A stretch of 63,968 nt of DNA, filler included, from Bigelowiella natans CCMP2755 (taxonomy: Eukaryota > Protista > Cercozoa): assembly GCA_000320545.1 (NCBI GenBank). It is 6 parts of 6 records of this genome, joined end to end, with 100 filler letters (N's around TTAATTAATTAA, not from the genome) between each part and the next. Parts side by side here need not be neighbours in the genome. Positions count along the whole stretch, not along the records: positions 24,863 to 55,400 come from ADNK01000601.1; positions 55,501 to 58,872 come from ADNK01000287.1; positions 58,973 to 61,171 come from ADNK01003044.1; positions 61,272 to 62,702 come from ADNK01001449.1; positions 62,803 to 63,968 come from ADNK01000378.1; 1 more part is not named here. The stretch is one strand, 5' to 3'. Below are positions 51,471-62,930 of the stretch, in pieces. Position numbers and translations under genes: made by a program. The number at the start of each line of letters is the position of its first letter. Position 1 is the stretch's first letter. The notes beneath the pieces are model-generated. The model saw nothing but the letters and a program-made list of their open reading frames with translations, was not told the DNA's origin and ran no database searches.

Positions 51471-52668
51471 TGAGATGGGAACGAATTTGTTCAGAAATTT
51501 TCCTAGCTAGCTCTGGGCATCACTGATGTAACCACAGCATGATGAGCAACACGTTGGGTAGCGTAGCGTAGATTAGGTTACGATACATACGATACGTTGA
51601 TCATCGTGTTTGCTGTAAAGTTATCACAAGTATCCATCAATTATATGGAGATAAAAAAACTGTTTTATCTATGCATACGACGTGCGTGCTCAGCTAGTTA
51701 GTTTCGGATTATATGTAGCTTATATGGAGCATCTGCATCGCAGTGATGAGCATTGTACAGAACTGCTGCGTACAGTTTTTACATGTGCTGATAGCGCGAC
51801 AGCATGCTAGCATGCCAGCGCATGTACTAGCTAGCTAGTGTACACGTACACATCTAGATGTAGCGATCGTATGCTCTTGTAGCGTGCAGCGTGGTTGCGA
51901 GCCCGAAACACCACTGCACATATTGTTCGCCGTTACACGATGGCTATGTCTTGCAACTACGGCACTGATCGATGACAGTCAAATGCAAGCGTCGCTACGA
52001 CATTTTCTAAAGTAGTGAATGCTGCATGCAATGCCGGATGTTGATGCTGCGCGTTTGTTTTGCATGCATGCATGCTACATATGTACTTTCATAGGCGGAG
52101 TAATGGAGGAGCAAGCAAATGATATGTGCGATGGTCATAGACGTTACAATGGAAATCAAGTGCGGTAAATGTACTTCTTTTTTTTTTAAATTCAAACACT
52201 GTTGGTTTTTCTTCTAGTACACTCAAAAATAATTACTATGACTTGCAGTCTCGGAATATCAGCAGAGACAATACTGCAACATTCAACCTAATAGTGAGAG
52301 ACGAGATATGCGAAACTAATGGTTTTACGCATTCTAACTTGCACGCTTGCAGATTGGATTGGGTAACACGGCTAGAATTCAATTAATACGATTTGAGAGA
52401 CGGACTTCTTTAAGATTAATAACTAGAGAAGTAAGTGAATGAAGAATCCAGAGGGGAAAATCTCATATTGCTGTGCTTAGGACTGAAAATCTGTGCGAGT
52501 TGGAGTATGGTTATGGTCCTGCCAACATTTGCACATGAACAATTCTCGCAGCAACAGGAGAGGAGGGGTAGATGTCTACATTTGTATAAAATTTAACCCT
52601 CAATCCAATTAATTCGTTCAATCATAATTTTGTAGATATTTCGGCTTTAAGGAACCACACTGGATAAT

Positions 52669-53230
52669 TCAAATCCATTTTCCGGTGCGTTGTTGTTTGG
52701 AGACATGAATTCTCTTGCTCCTCTTTCTGTTCCGTTCCGACGAGGACTGGATTGATAGCGAACTTCCAGGAGAGCGTTTCTTCACGTACTGAAGTACATC
52801 GAAGTCTGCCCCCCTTCTTAATAAACTGTTGTTTACAAGACCGCTCTTTGACGATCTATGGGGGGAGGCAGCCTGGTAGAGATCGCTCTGGGACACAGCG
52901 TACCCGCGGCAGAGGTTAGAGCAGTAGCATTTGTCTGAATGGTTAAAGTAGGGCACATATTTAGAGATGAGTAAGAAGAATGTTCAAATAGTTTACTTCA
53001 CCTTGGAACATGAACACATCGCCGCGAATGTCCGACATACAGAAGGAACACAAGTCACCATCGCCGGCCATTCCCAAATCGTAGAGCTGCTCGTCCTCCT
53101 GCGTAGGTAAGGACGGGCTCGTTGCGGTAGAGGTAGACGATACAGCACTTAAGCTAGACCAGCTTGACCCACTTCCTAGACTCGCGAGGTCCATGTGTGT
53201 CCTTGTACGGTTTATCCTGAGCGGCGGCAT
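52669..53230 (-). CDS. FCS-like zinc finger (FLZ/DUF581-like) protein, two exons (53230-53002, 52934-52669)
   Basis: Splicing the 67-nt intron gives LCSFCMSDIRGDVFMFQDKCYCSNLCR, matching CxxC..D(I/V)FM..D..(F/Y)CSxxCR. The N-terminus is Ser-rich. Confidence 0.65.
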
Positions 53231-54280
53231 ACTGGTGGAGGTTTACGCTTGGAAGACGATCGTGCCAAGTGCTCCCCGCCAGGACTCAAGATTTTGATTT
53301 TTCCCTGTAGACTGAAAATTCCTACAGTGAGTTATAGTACGTTCCTTTCCCCGACACCAGGTGCTTCGCAGGCAGCAACCTTGACCTATGAGCAGGGCCG
53401 AGTACGACCTAGAGTGCTCCGGAGCAATGCAACGTGTTGTAAGAAAGAAAGTGGTGCAGATGATGTTCTTTCACCAGTTACATCACGTGTATTTTATTGG
53501 TTACGACATGCATCAGGCAGATAAATCGCCATTTTCCCCCCTTCTCAAATGCACTTTCTTTGTTACGGAATGATGGCTCTTCCTCGAAAGCTAACGGTTG
53601 CATCCGTACCAAGGATTATTTGGTAGCTACATGTTCGATGCCATTTCCTTCCAACGACACGAATGTTTTCGCGATTCACTCGAAAATATTTTGCTTGGAG
53701 ACACGTATCCTACAGAAATATCCAGAGCTTTCCTTAACGGTGGCGCGAGTTCCGGGGCGGCGAAAACTACGTGCTCACCAAAAAAAACTACCAGGAATTA
53801 TCCTAGACTTTCGAGATCTACCGTACGCACAAAAATTTTCCTAGGCAGAAAATGGAAATCAATGGAATTCACCGAAATGTGTCACTTTTTCTACGGGTAG
53901 ATCTAGATCTACCTCCAGGAAATGAAGGCTTCCATCCGGGATTCGCCGGGATTCGCTTTGCGAATCCCTGAGATCTACGGAAGGGAGTCTCGAGATATCA
54001 CGAGAATAAATAATCCTTTAAACTTTTACGACACAACGGCCTTGTCGTAGTCGCACAACAGCTCGCAACATCCCACCTGGGAACGTCATCCGGAACCCCC
54101 CCCCAGACGACCGAGCACCGGTAGCCTTCAGCGTCAGTAGCTTTCTTCTAGTTGCCAGGCAAGTAGGGCTAGCTCCTCATGAATCCCCTGCTACCTACTC
54201 TTGATAGCTGGGTGCAACCCTGAAACCCTTCACCCTGGTAGGTAGGTACCTGCACTTGGCCGGGACTTCGCTCTTTCGCA

Positions 54281-55217
54281 ATGTGGAAGGCCTCGGGAGT
54301 TCGGGGACTTACGAATCTTGAGGTATTTGCACATTCAGAATGGATTGAGATCATGCTGCGACATTATGGTCTCGGCTGATTGATGTATATCCTCGGGATA
54401 TGACAGGTGGAAAGGAGTCAGAGGGTTGGGGGCACAAACGAGCTCCCAGCACCCGAAAATGCCAGGTATGCAGCGGATGCAATACAACCGATAGTCTTCT
54501 GAACGCTACCACTAGATCATCTTCCGCTGATTTCTGGGTTGCATATTTGAGGTTGTACGTGTGTGTGTGTGTGTGTGTGTGTGGTGTTATGGTTCTTCGC
54601 TACAGCTTTTGGGATAAATTCAAGGAGAATTTCGATGGTAAGACCTTCCTTATCTCTTTCTTGTTAAAAAATGTTTAAAATTGTCCATTTTCGGATGTGG
54701 GTGTGGCACCATAGATCCATTGATACATATTCTCTGCGTCGCCCTGGCTGTCATCTTCGTACTTGCGCTTGCTGGTAAGACATCGTAAGCATTATCCCCC
54801 CCTCGTTTTCCCCATCATTACGTGTTCCTCCTCTTCCCTTATCTTTTCGTATCCCAAGACACTTTACGAGTTCTTCCTTTCCTTTGTCTTTCCTTCTCTC
54901 TCTCAACACGTAGGCTATGCTGATTTCATGGAGGGTGGGGGCATCGGTCTCTCCATTGTCATCGCAACCTTGGTGGCCACATACTCAGAATACAAGGTGG
55001 GATAATAAGACGGGGGAAAGGGGGGGGCAACCAATTTTGATTAGGAGCGGAAGAAGAACAGACGTTGAGTATTATTTCGTCACGTAGTGTTGTCATTGCT
55101 TATGACAACTTTTACTCTCCCTTGTGGAAGTCGTTTTCCCCCCTACTCATTTCTTCACTCCTATTACCACTTCTCGAATAAATAAAACAGAATGAAAATA
55201 GCTTCCGGGTGCTGCAG
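54281..55217 (+). CDS. P2-type Ca2+-transporting ATPase, N-terminal fragment truncated at contig end
   Basis: GLTNLE|VERSQRVGGTNELPAPENAS|FWDKFKENFD|DPLIHILCVALAVIFVLALL|GYADFMEGGGIGLSIVIATLVATYSEYK|NENSFRVLQ, corresponding to the cation-ATPase N-terminus plus TM1-2. Confidence 0.8.
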
Positions 55218-55231
55218 GTTTGTGCAATTGC

Positions 55232-55282
<51 letters not shown>

Positions 55283-55500
55283 ATCTAACACGCGCGGCCC
55301 GGGGGCGAGATTTATTTTGTGTTTTTTTTTTTTGAAGAGGGGGTATGAGTGAGGAAATGTGTGTGGGGGAGAAAGAGTTTCACAAGGGAGAGAGAAAGAG
55401 NNNNNNNNNNNNNNNNNNNNNNNNNNNNNNNNNNNNNNNNNNNNTTAATTAATTAANNNNNNNNNNNNNNNNNNNNNNNNNNNNNNNNNNNNNNNNNNNN

Positions 55501-55978
55501 GACACGAACCTAAGGACGAAGGTGAGTTCTGGGTAAGCGACAAAGGAGATAAGGTAGAGAGAATCTATTACTGGTGGTTGGTGAAGTTCCGAAAGCGATG
55601 AAGGTCTAAGGGAATAAGGAAGGAAGGAAGGAGCAACGTGACTTGGGGGAGGTGTAGCGCGTACCACTACGCGGGCACAAGTCACGTGCGACAACAAAGG
55701 GGTTGTCGCGGATATAGAATATAGATAACGTAGATATTAATACAGCATAGGCACGTGGGTTCCGGCGGGACTCATGGCAGCACACCGGAAGTGTGCTGCC
55801 CCACGTGCGGCGGCATTCGCGAAAGCTTCGCGAATGATTACGCAGTGCACGATTTAATAAAAATATAATCTTTAATAAAAATAAACACAACTCTTCAAAA
55901 GGAAGCAAACGTGCCTTTCCCCCCCCCTGCCTACTTGTGCACGTAGCGCCTCGGCCTGTGAACACCTTACGCGCAACA
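55501..55978 (+). mobile_element. LTR-like terminal repeat, copy 1 (runs into gap on the left)
   Basis: Ends in CGCGCAACA, has an AATAAA cluster at ~55856-55886 and multiple hairpins. 55751-55978 is the reverse complement of 58645-58872. Confidence 0.65.
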
Positions 55979-57044
55979 GTCCAGCAAACACATTGAGCCT
56001 TTCTGCTGACCAGCTGAACACGAGCAATTGAACACGAGGGCAAACAAACAAACAAACAAACGTGGTGAAGAACTGTCCAACAGTGAACAATGATGGGAAA
56101 CTGCACGTCGAAAACGTTGCAAGACGTTTGCAGTGCCAGAGTTGTGTGCGACTGAATGCCACGTCTGTTTGACAGCAGACGCGCGATCACGGTCTGCACT
56201 TCCGAACTTCCGAAGTGTTGCAAGTCTCCGAAAATTGACAGGCATGACAATCAATCTACGTCAACTACGAGAACTTATATTTCCCCTGCATTGACAAGAT
56301 GCGACAAATAGAGCTTTTCGTGTCCAGCTGAAACGGAAATAAACATTTATTCGGTAATCCTAATTTCATTTTATCATCTATCCCCTCTATGAGAAAATTG
56401 ATGTGTTTTATGAATTTTTGGACACAATTTGATAAATAATGTAAAAATTAGGCAAACTCTAAATGTATTATTTGATGTGCAAAAAAAAAGTTTAAGTGTG
56501 TTGAGTGAGTGTCGCGACCATGTTCACAATCTCCACAAAAAATGAATTTAGATCATGTCACTTCAATAAAAAACATAATCTCAGATAAATAATGGTCTAT
56601 TTATTCGTATATGATATTACATAATAGTCATAACCGAGGTTTGAAAATGTAATTACTCAAAAAGTTACAATTATTTGATCTGAATAAGACCCCATTTCCT
56701 CGCAAAATTGGCTAATTTAGGCGTCAAGTGGCGACACCATGTGCACATGAGAGAGACATTTCCAACATATTGGTAGAATCAAAGCTAAATATGCATAAAA
56801 TGGATTTTATTCCAATATTAATTTCATCAAAACCGGTAGATTCTGAGCTTTTTTCGCACATCGAGGTCTGAATGATTATCTCACAGTCGGTAGCAAATCT
56901 GTATTCTGTAAAAATCCAAAATGTATGGGAAATTTCTTAATTTGAGGGGGAATATGATGTCGTAGAGTTATATTGAAAGCCCTGTAAGGAAAAGCTTTCA
57001 TACAAAGTCTGAATACATATAGAACTTCACAATCCCAACAGACC

Positions 57045-58112
57045 ATGAAGCTTTCCATCCTCCTCCTGGCTGCCAGCACTCTTGCTCACCCTATCTTCGA
57101 AGAACATGAAGAGAACTACATGTTCCAGTTCTTGTCCTGGTACAAGCAGGTAATTTTGCGAGCATTCTAAATTATATAGTAGCGTGAGATTCTCTTTCCT
57201 TATGTGCCGCTGAAAATGCTCTCTACTTTCCAGCACAACAAGGTGTACAAGCGCGAGGAATTCGGCCAGCGTTACATGACCTTCAAGAAGAACCTTAAGT
57301 TCATCAAGTCTCACAACGCTGCTAACCATTCTACCACCGTTGGACTTAACGAATACGCAGATATGTCCAACGAGGAATTCGGAGCTGTTATGAAGGGATA
57401 CAAGCACATCAACCGCCCATACATCCGCTCCAAGAACGAGAAGCAAGTTCTTTCCGCTATCAAGCTTCCTACCTCCGTCGACTGGGTTTCTAAGGGTGCA
57501 GTTACCCCTGTCAAGAACCAGCAGCAGTGCGGATCATGCTGGGCATTCTCCACCACCGGATCTGTTGAAGGAGCTAACTTCATCAAGAACGGAAACCTTG
57601 TTTCCCTTTCCGAGCAGGAACTTGTTGACTGCGCTGGATCCTACGGAAACAACGGATGCAACGGTGGACTTATGGACTACGGATTCGAATACGTTAAGGC
57701 TAAGGGACTTTGCACCGAATCTGCTTATCCCTACACCGCAAGGGATGGAACCTGCCAGTCCAGCTGCACTGAGCAAGTCAAGATCTCTGGATACACCGAT
57801 GTCACCTCTGACAACGAGGATGCTTTGATGCAAGCAGTTGCTCAGCAGCCTGTTTCTATTGCTATTGAGGCTGACCAGTCTGTCTTCCAGTTCTACACTG
57901 GTGGTGTCATGGACTCCTCCGCATGCGGCACCAACCTCGACCACGGTGTTCTTGTTGTCGGTTACGGTGAAGACAACGGTGCTAAGTACTGGAAGGTTAA
58001 GAACTCCTGGGGTGCTACCTGGGGAATGAACGGATACATCCTTCTCGGCCGTGGTCAGGGAGGAAAGGGAACCTGCGGTATGCTCATGCAGCCTTCTTAC
58101 CCTACCATGTAG
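57045..58112 (+). CDS. Cathepsin L-like papain-family (C1A) cysteine protease preproenzyme, 327 aa; exons 57045-57149 and 57234-58112
   Basis: Signal peptide [14 protein letters not shown]; I29 prodomain with ERFNIN- and GNFD-like motifs (GLNEYADM); [16 protein letters not shown] and YWKVKNSWG catalytic motifs. Confidence 0.97.
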
Positions 58113-58644
58113 ATTGTTCGGTTGGGAATTGTTTCAACATTCAAGATATATGATGCAGTAAGAAAAGCCCCTTGTTCACCGCGTTTGCAGTGGTGCTTGA
58201 GGTGAAAGCCATGAAATGCAAGATGACGAAAATGTCTGTGAATAACGTGGATGGCTTCTTTAATTATTTGTTACTAAATAAAATCATGATCGAATCTCGC
58301 AGCTCCTAATCATTACATGGTCACAATGTAAATATGTGATGAGCGGTGTGCTGGCTTGCTAATGCTGACACTGTCACACAATGTGCAAGCTGCTGCACAC
58401 TTCGTGGAATCGCCCACTCCAAACGCTGGCGATGTGGACTCGGTGCTGGAAGGCACCTCACTTCGTTGGTGCGGCAACTGGACTGCTTGTCTCTTGGCGC
58501 GCGCCAGTGTCTCCCATGCGAGCTTCGCAAGCTCCACGCTTTTCTTCACCTTTCGTTGGAGCCTTGCCACCTCAGTGCGCGCGCTTTTGAGTGCTTTGCT
58601 GGTTGAGCGCAGACGACCCTTTTCACCGAAAGAGTCACCCTGCT

Positions 58645-58872
58645 TGTTGCGCGTAAGGTGTTCACAGGCCGAGGCGCTACGTGCACAAGTAGGCAGGGGG
58701 GGGGAAAGGCACGTTTGCTTCCTTTTGAAGAGTTGTGTTTATTTTTATTAAAGATTATATTTTTATTAAATCGTGCACTGCGTAATCATTCGCGAAGCTT
58801 TCGCGAATGCCGCCGCACGTGGGGCAGCACACTTCCGGTGTGCTGCCATGAGTCCCGCCGGAACCCACGTGC
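58645..58872 (-). mobile_element. LTR-like terminal repeat, copy 2, inverted (runs into gap on the right)
   Basis: Begins TGTTGCGCGTAAGG. I saw no mismatch over 228 bp against the reverse complement of 55751-55978. Confidence 0.65.
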
Positions 58873-59078
58873 NNNNNNNNNNNNNNNNNNNNNNNNNNNN
58901 NNNNNNNNNNNNNNNNTTAATTAATTAANNNNNNNNNNNNNNNNNNNNNNNNNNNNNNNNNNNNNNNNNNNNGCAGAGAGAACTCCCTTAAGATACGCAT
59001 AAACACACACTCACAAAACACACACACACACTTACATATCTCGGTTTTGATTTTTCATTCAATATGTGATATAAATAT

Positions 59079-59117
<39 letters not shown>

Positions 59118-59193
59118 CGCTCCTCACCCTCCTTACCGTACGATGGTGTGACTTCCTCCTCCTCCTCCTCCTCTTTCTCCTCCTCAGCTTCAG

Positions 59194-59379
59194 TTGAGGC
59201 AGATGCAGGAACGGCTCGAACAGCAGAAAAACCACGCCAGGTCAGGAGGGGAAAGAGCGCATTATGGATTATATTCTTTTTTTTAAACATAATTTACACA
59301 CAAACGCGCGCGCACACACACACACAAACGCAAGCCACGTATTATATATTTTATATTTATTTATGCATATGTGTATATA

Positions 59380-59442
<63 letters not shown>

Positions 59443-60125
59443 TTGTATTTCCCAGAGTCCAGCATCAGAAGGACCAGCAATCGATCCAGAAGATGAGGTA
59501 GCAAGCGTGTAGAAAGTAGTGTCTTGGAAGAATGCAAAATAACAACAAACAATACCAGCAATCGCTCGCGTGTAAAACCAACAAAAATCTAGAAAAAAAG
59601 GCCACAGCCGAATCCACGTATGCTTTCTCCTAACTCTGCTTCTACCTCTTCTTCTTCTTCTTCTTCTTCTTCTTCTTCTTCTTCTTCCAGAATGCAGGCG
59701 GAGGGCCAGAAGAAATCGTTCGATGTAAGCAAAACCATGCAATATGCGCTTTTCCCAATATTTGTAGCATAGCACAGCTCGGATGGTGATGGTGATGATG
59801 ATGATGATGATGTTGGATATCTGCTAATGCTGCTGCTGTGCCCCATCTATCCATCCAGGAACGGCTGTCTCATTTGAACGCGAAGCTGAAAGCAGAAACC
59901 TTCTCCCACTTGAAGACCAAGTAAATATTGCAGCATGCATCGATGCGTGCGCATCCTAAGTCTCACCATCATCATCATCGTCATCATCATCATCGTCGTC
60001 ATCATCATCATCATCATCGTCATCACTATCATTATCATCACCACCACCGCGCTCCTAGCGTTGGAAGATGCGGCGCGTTTTTGATTCCATCCACCTCCCT
60101 TGCGTTTTTCCCTCTCTCTCTCTCC

Positions 60126-60174
<49 letters not shown>

Positions 60175-60504
60175 CCTCCCTCCCGCCCCCCCTCTCCTCA
60201 CACAGGAAAGAGCTGGAGGCGAAGATCAAGGAGCTCGGCCACCTGAAAGGCGTCGTGGAGAGCGAGCGGCAGCGCTACGCCGAGGCAATCACCGACTCCG
60301 ACAATCGATTAAAGAAGATAAGAGATGCTCACAAGAAGGTCGGAGTCGGTGATGCGAGCGACCGCGCGGAGGCGGGGGGTTATATATCGAGGTGCTTGGG
60401 GCTAATCACTCTCCGTTCGTTGTTTTCCCACAGGACCTCCTGCTAGTGAACAAGTCGCATCTCAAGGAGATCGAAAGGCTGAAGGCCGCCTTCAAGGCCA
60501 AGTA

Positions 60505-60539
<35 letters not shown>

Positions 60540-60772
60540 AACGATGATGATGATGATGATGATGATGATCATAGCGGCAAGCAAGGAACGCACGCAATGA
60601 CGTCGCATAGCAGCACGAGCAATGACAACAACAACAACAACAACAAAAAGCCTCTGATGCCCGGGTTTGTTTCGAAACAAGCCAAATAATCAAGCATTAT
60701 CCCCATCGTGGCTACTGAAAACAAAATGCAGCTATACGAACTTAATGCGAGGGATCCTTTGCAGCAATGTCC

Positions 60773-60807
<35 letters not shown>

Positions 60808-60978
60808 TGTGTTGTCTTTTTCTTGATATTCTCGTTTGTCGTACGTTTGTGCGTGTGTGTGGGGGTGTGTGTGCGTGGCGCGCATGCATCTGCGCTCTTC
60901 CAGGGAGGATGGAATTCGTCGGGATTGCGAGGCGAAGATTCGAGAGCTTGAAGCCGACTCCGCTAGCGATCGGAAAAA
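59194..60978 (+). CDS. Internal exons of a coiled-coil protein (partial)
   Basis: LRQMQERLEQQKNHAR, KELEAKIKELGHLKGVVESERQRYAEAITDSDNRLKKIRDAHKK, DLLLVNKSHLKEIERLKAAFKA and CEAKIRELEAD, each with AG/GT borders. Confidence 0.5.
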
Positions 60979-61807
60979 GTACAACTCTAATCCCTCCCCC
61001 CCCTCTCGGCTTTTGTGGTGAGCAATGGGATGCAATTGGCCCCCTCTCTCCCTCTCTCTCTCCTACTTCCTGTCCATGTATACATATATCAATCTCCCTC
61101 TCTTGTGTGTTTACGGGAGGGGATTTGGGAGGGTTGAATCTTTTGAATCCCGTTCCCAAATCCTTCCTCCGNNNNNNNNNNNNNNNNNNNNNNNNNNNNN
61201 NNNNNNNNNNNNNNNTTAATTAATTAANNNNNNNNNNNNNNNNNNNNNNNNNNNNNNNNNNNNNNNNNNNNCTCTCGGAAGGGAAAACGAGAAGTAAGAT
61301 GGTTGTCGAGGGAACAAATTGCGATATCATACACTAATGTTTTTGCTGTCAATAAAGTTACTATAGGGGCATTTGTTGACGCCTTACGTTTGGATATACG
61401 AGCCTTCATGGTTCTCGGTAGGATAATTCTCATCCTTGTATTCGTGTTGGCCTTAAGTACACACATTCACATACACATACACATACACATGTACACACAC
61501 GTATACAAAATGCATCTTCCTACTTTGAACATTCCGAGCAGGGTTGCAAGCCAGCCTCCACCACAGCAGCAGCAGCAGCAACAACAACGAATAGTAGAGA
61601 AGCCAAGGGAGAGAAGGAGGAAGGGGGGGGGCACCACCTTTTTCACTCCATCGACAAGTTTATCACTCGCACAGCTACCAAGCCGCAGCTGCTGCCTCAT
61701 GACGCTCAACCCCGAGGCCGTAGTAGACCGACGGCGCCGGCCTCCCTTTTCGAACAACAACAACGACATGTGCGGGCCATGAGCATGGGCAATAGCCTGG
61801 GCTCAGA

Positions 61808-61844
<37 letters not shown>

Positions 61845-62585
61845 GGGATAAGAGAAAGAGGAGGAGGAGGAGGAGGAGGAGGAGGAGATGCTAAAGCCGA
61901 GATGCAAGCTCCACATCACGGCATTGCGGAGATTGCTTCCATTCGCATGCAGGCAGATGAGGTTCTACGCCGTGTAGGAGAAGCCCTCGGGGAAGATGAG
62001 GGGGGGGGGGGGGATCTTCGGGGGTGGACGGGGGCCCCCATCGCGAGGGACTCCCATCCCAACAAAAGTGTCAATAGCAGCAAAAACGCCCATGGGGGAG
62101 TTCCCGATCTGCTAATAAGCGCTATCCACGCGTTCCAAAGCCCCGAAGGTGAGAAGTTTCCTTCGCAGGTTGCTTTTCAAAAAAAATGTACTTTTACCAA
62201 GATTATATTAAAACTGTCACCCGAAACACCTTTTTTAAAAGTATATATTTTATATATATGATGATGATTATGATTTCTGCCCTTTAACACGGGGTACGGC
62301 CTACTGTTCGATTCAATCTTCAAAAAAAGGGGGTTTTTTTTTACCATGTTTCTTACCTTACCACATAAATTAATGAAAATGGGGGGGATGGTGTTGTGTT
62401 TTTCCCCCCCCCCTTTCAAACCCCCCTTCCCCCCATGGTAATCTTTTTCTGGGGAAAAGGTTCCTCGTCTAATATGCGAGGGGGTGCTTGCCTCACTCAA
62501 GGGTGGAAATGCGAAAAACCTCTTTTCCCCCCCCCGGGCTATTAAAAGCCCCCCCTTGGGAGATAGAAAAAAAAAAAAAAAGGGT

Positions 62586-62619
<34 letters not shown>

Positions 62620-62886
62620 TCCCCACCCTCCCGCCCTCTCTCTTTGTGTTTGTGTGCGGGGGGGGGAGTGGTGAATAAGCACCCCCCGTTTTTCGTCTGG
62701 GTNNNNNNNNNNNNNNNNNNNNNNNNNNNNNNNNNNNNNNNNNNNNTTAATTAATTAANNNNNNNNNNNNNNNNNNNNNNNNNNNNNNNNNNNNNNNNNN
62801 NNTCTCCTCTCTCTCTCGTCTCTCCTCTCTCGTACTATAGTACTAGTAGTATATTATATATATATACTATACTATATACTATCCCC

Positions 62887-62930
<44 letters not shown>

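Noticed and set aside
57027-57944. Antisense ORFs over cathepsin L
   Set aside because: Shadow ORFs caused by strong codon bias on the sense strand.
54281-58972. Cathepsin/repeat unit inserted into the Ca2+-ATPase gene
   Set aside because: The pieces are separated by linkers and the ATPase does not resume after 58972, so adjacency is unproven.
62030-62702. Homopolymer-rich tract as a G-quadruplex or regulatory element (also 1-250)
   Set aside because: Located at contig ends with the appearance of low-quality read tails.
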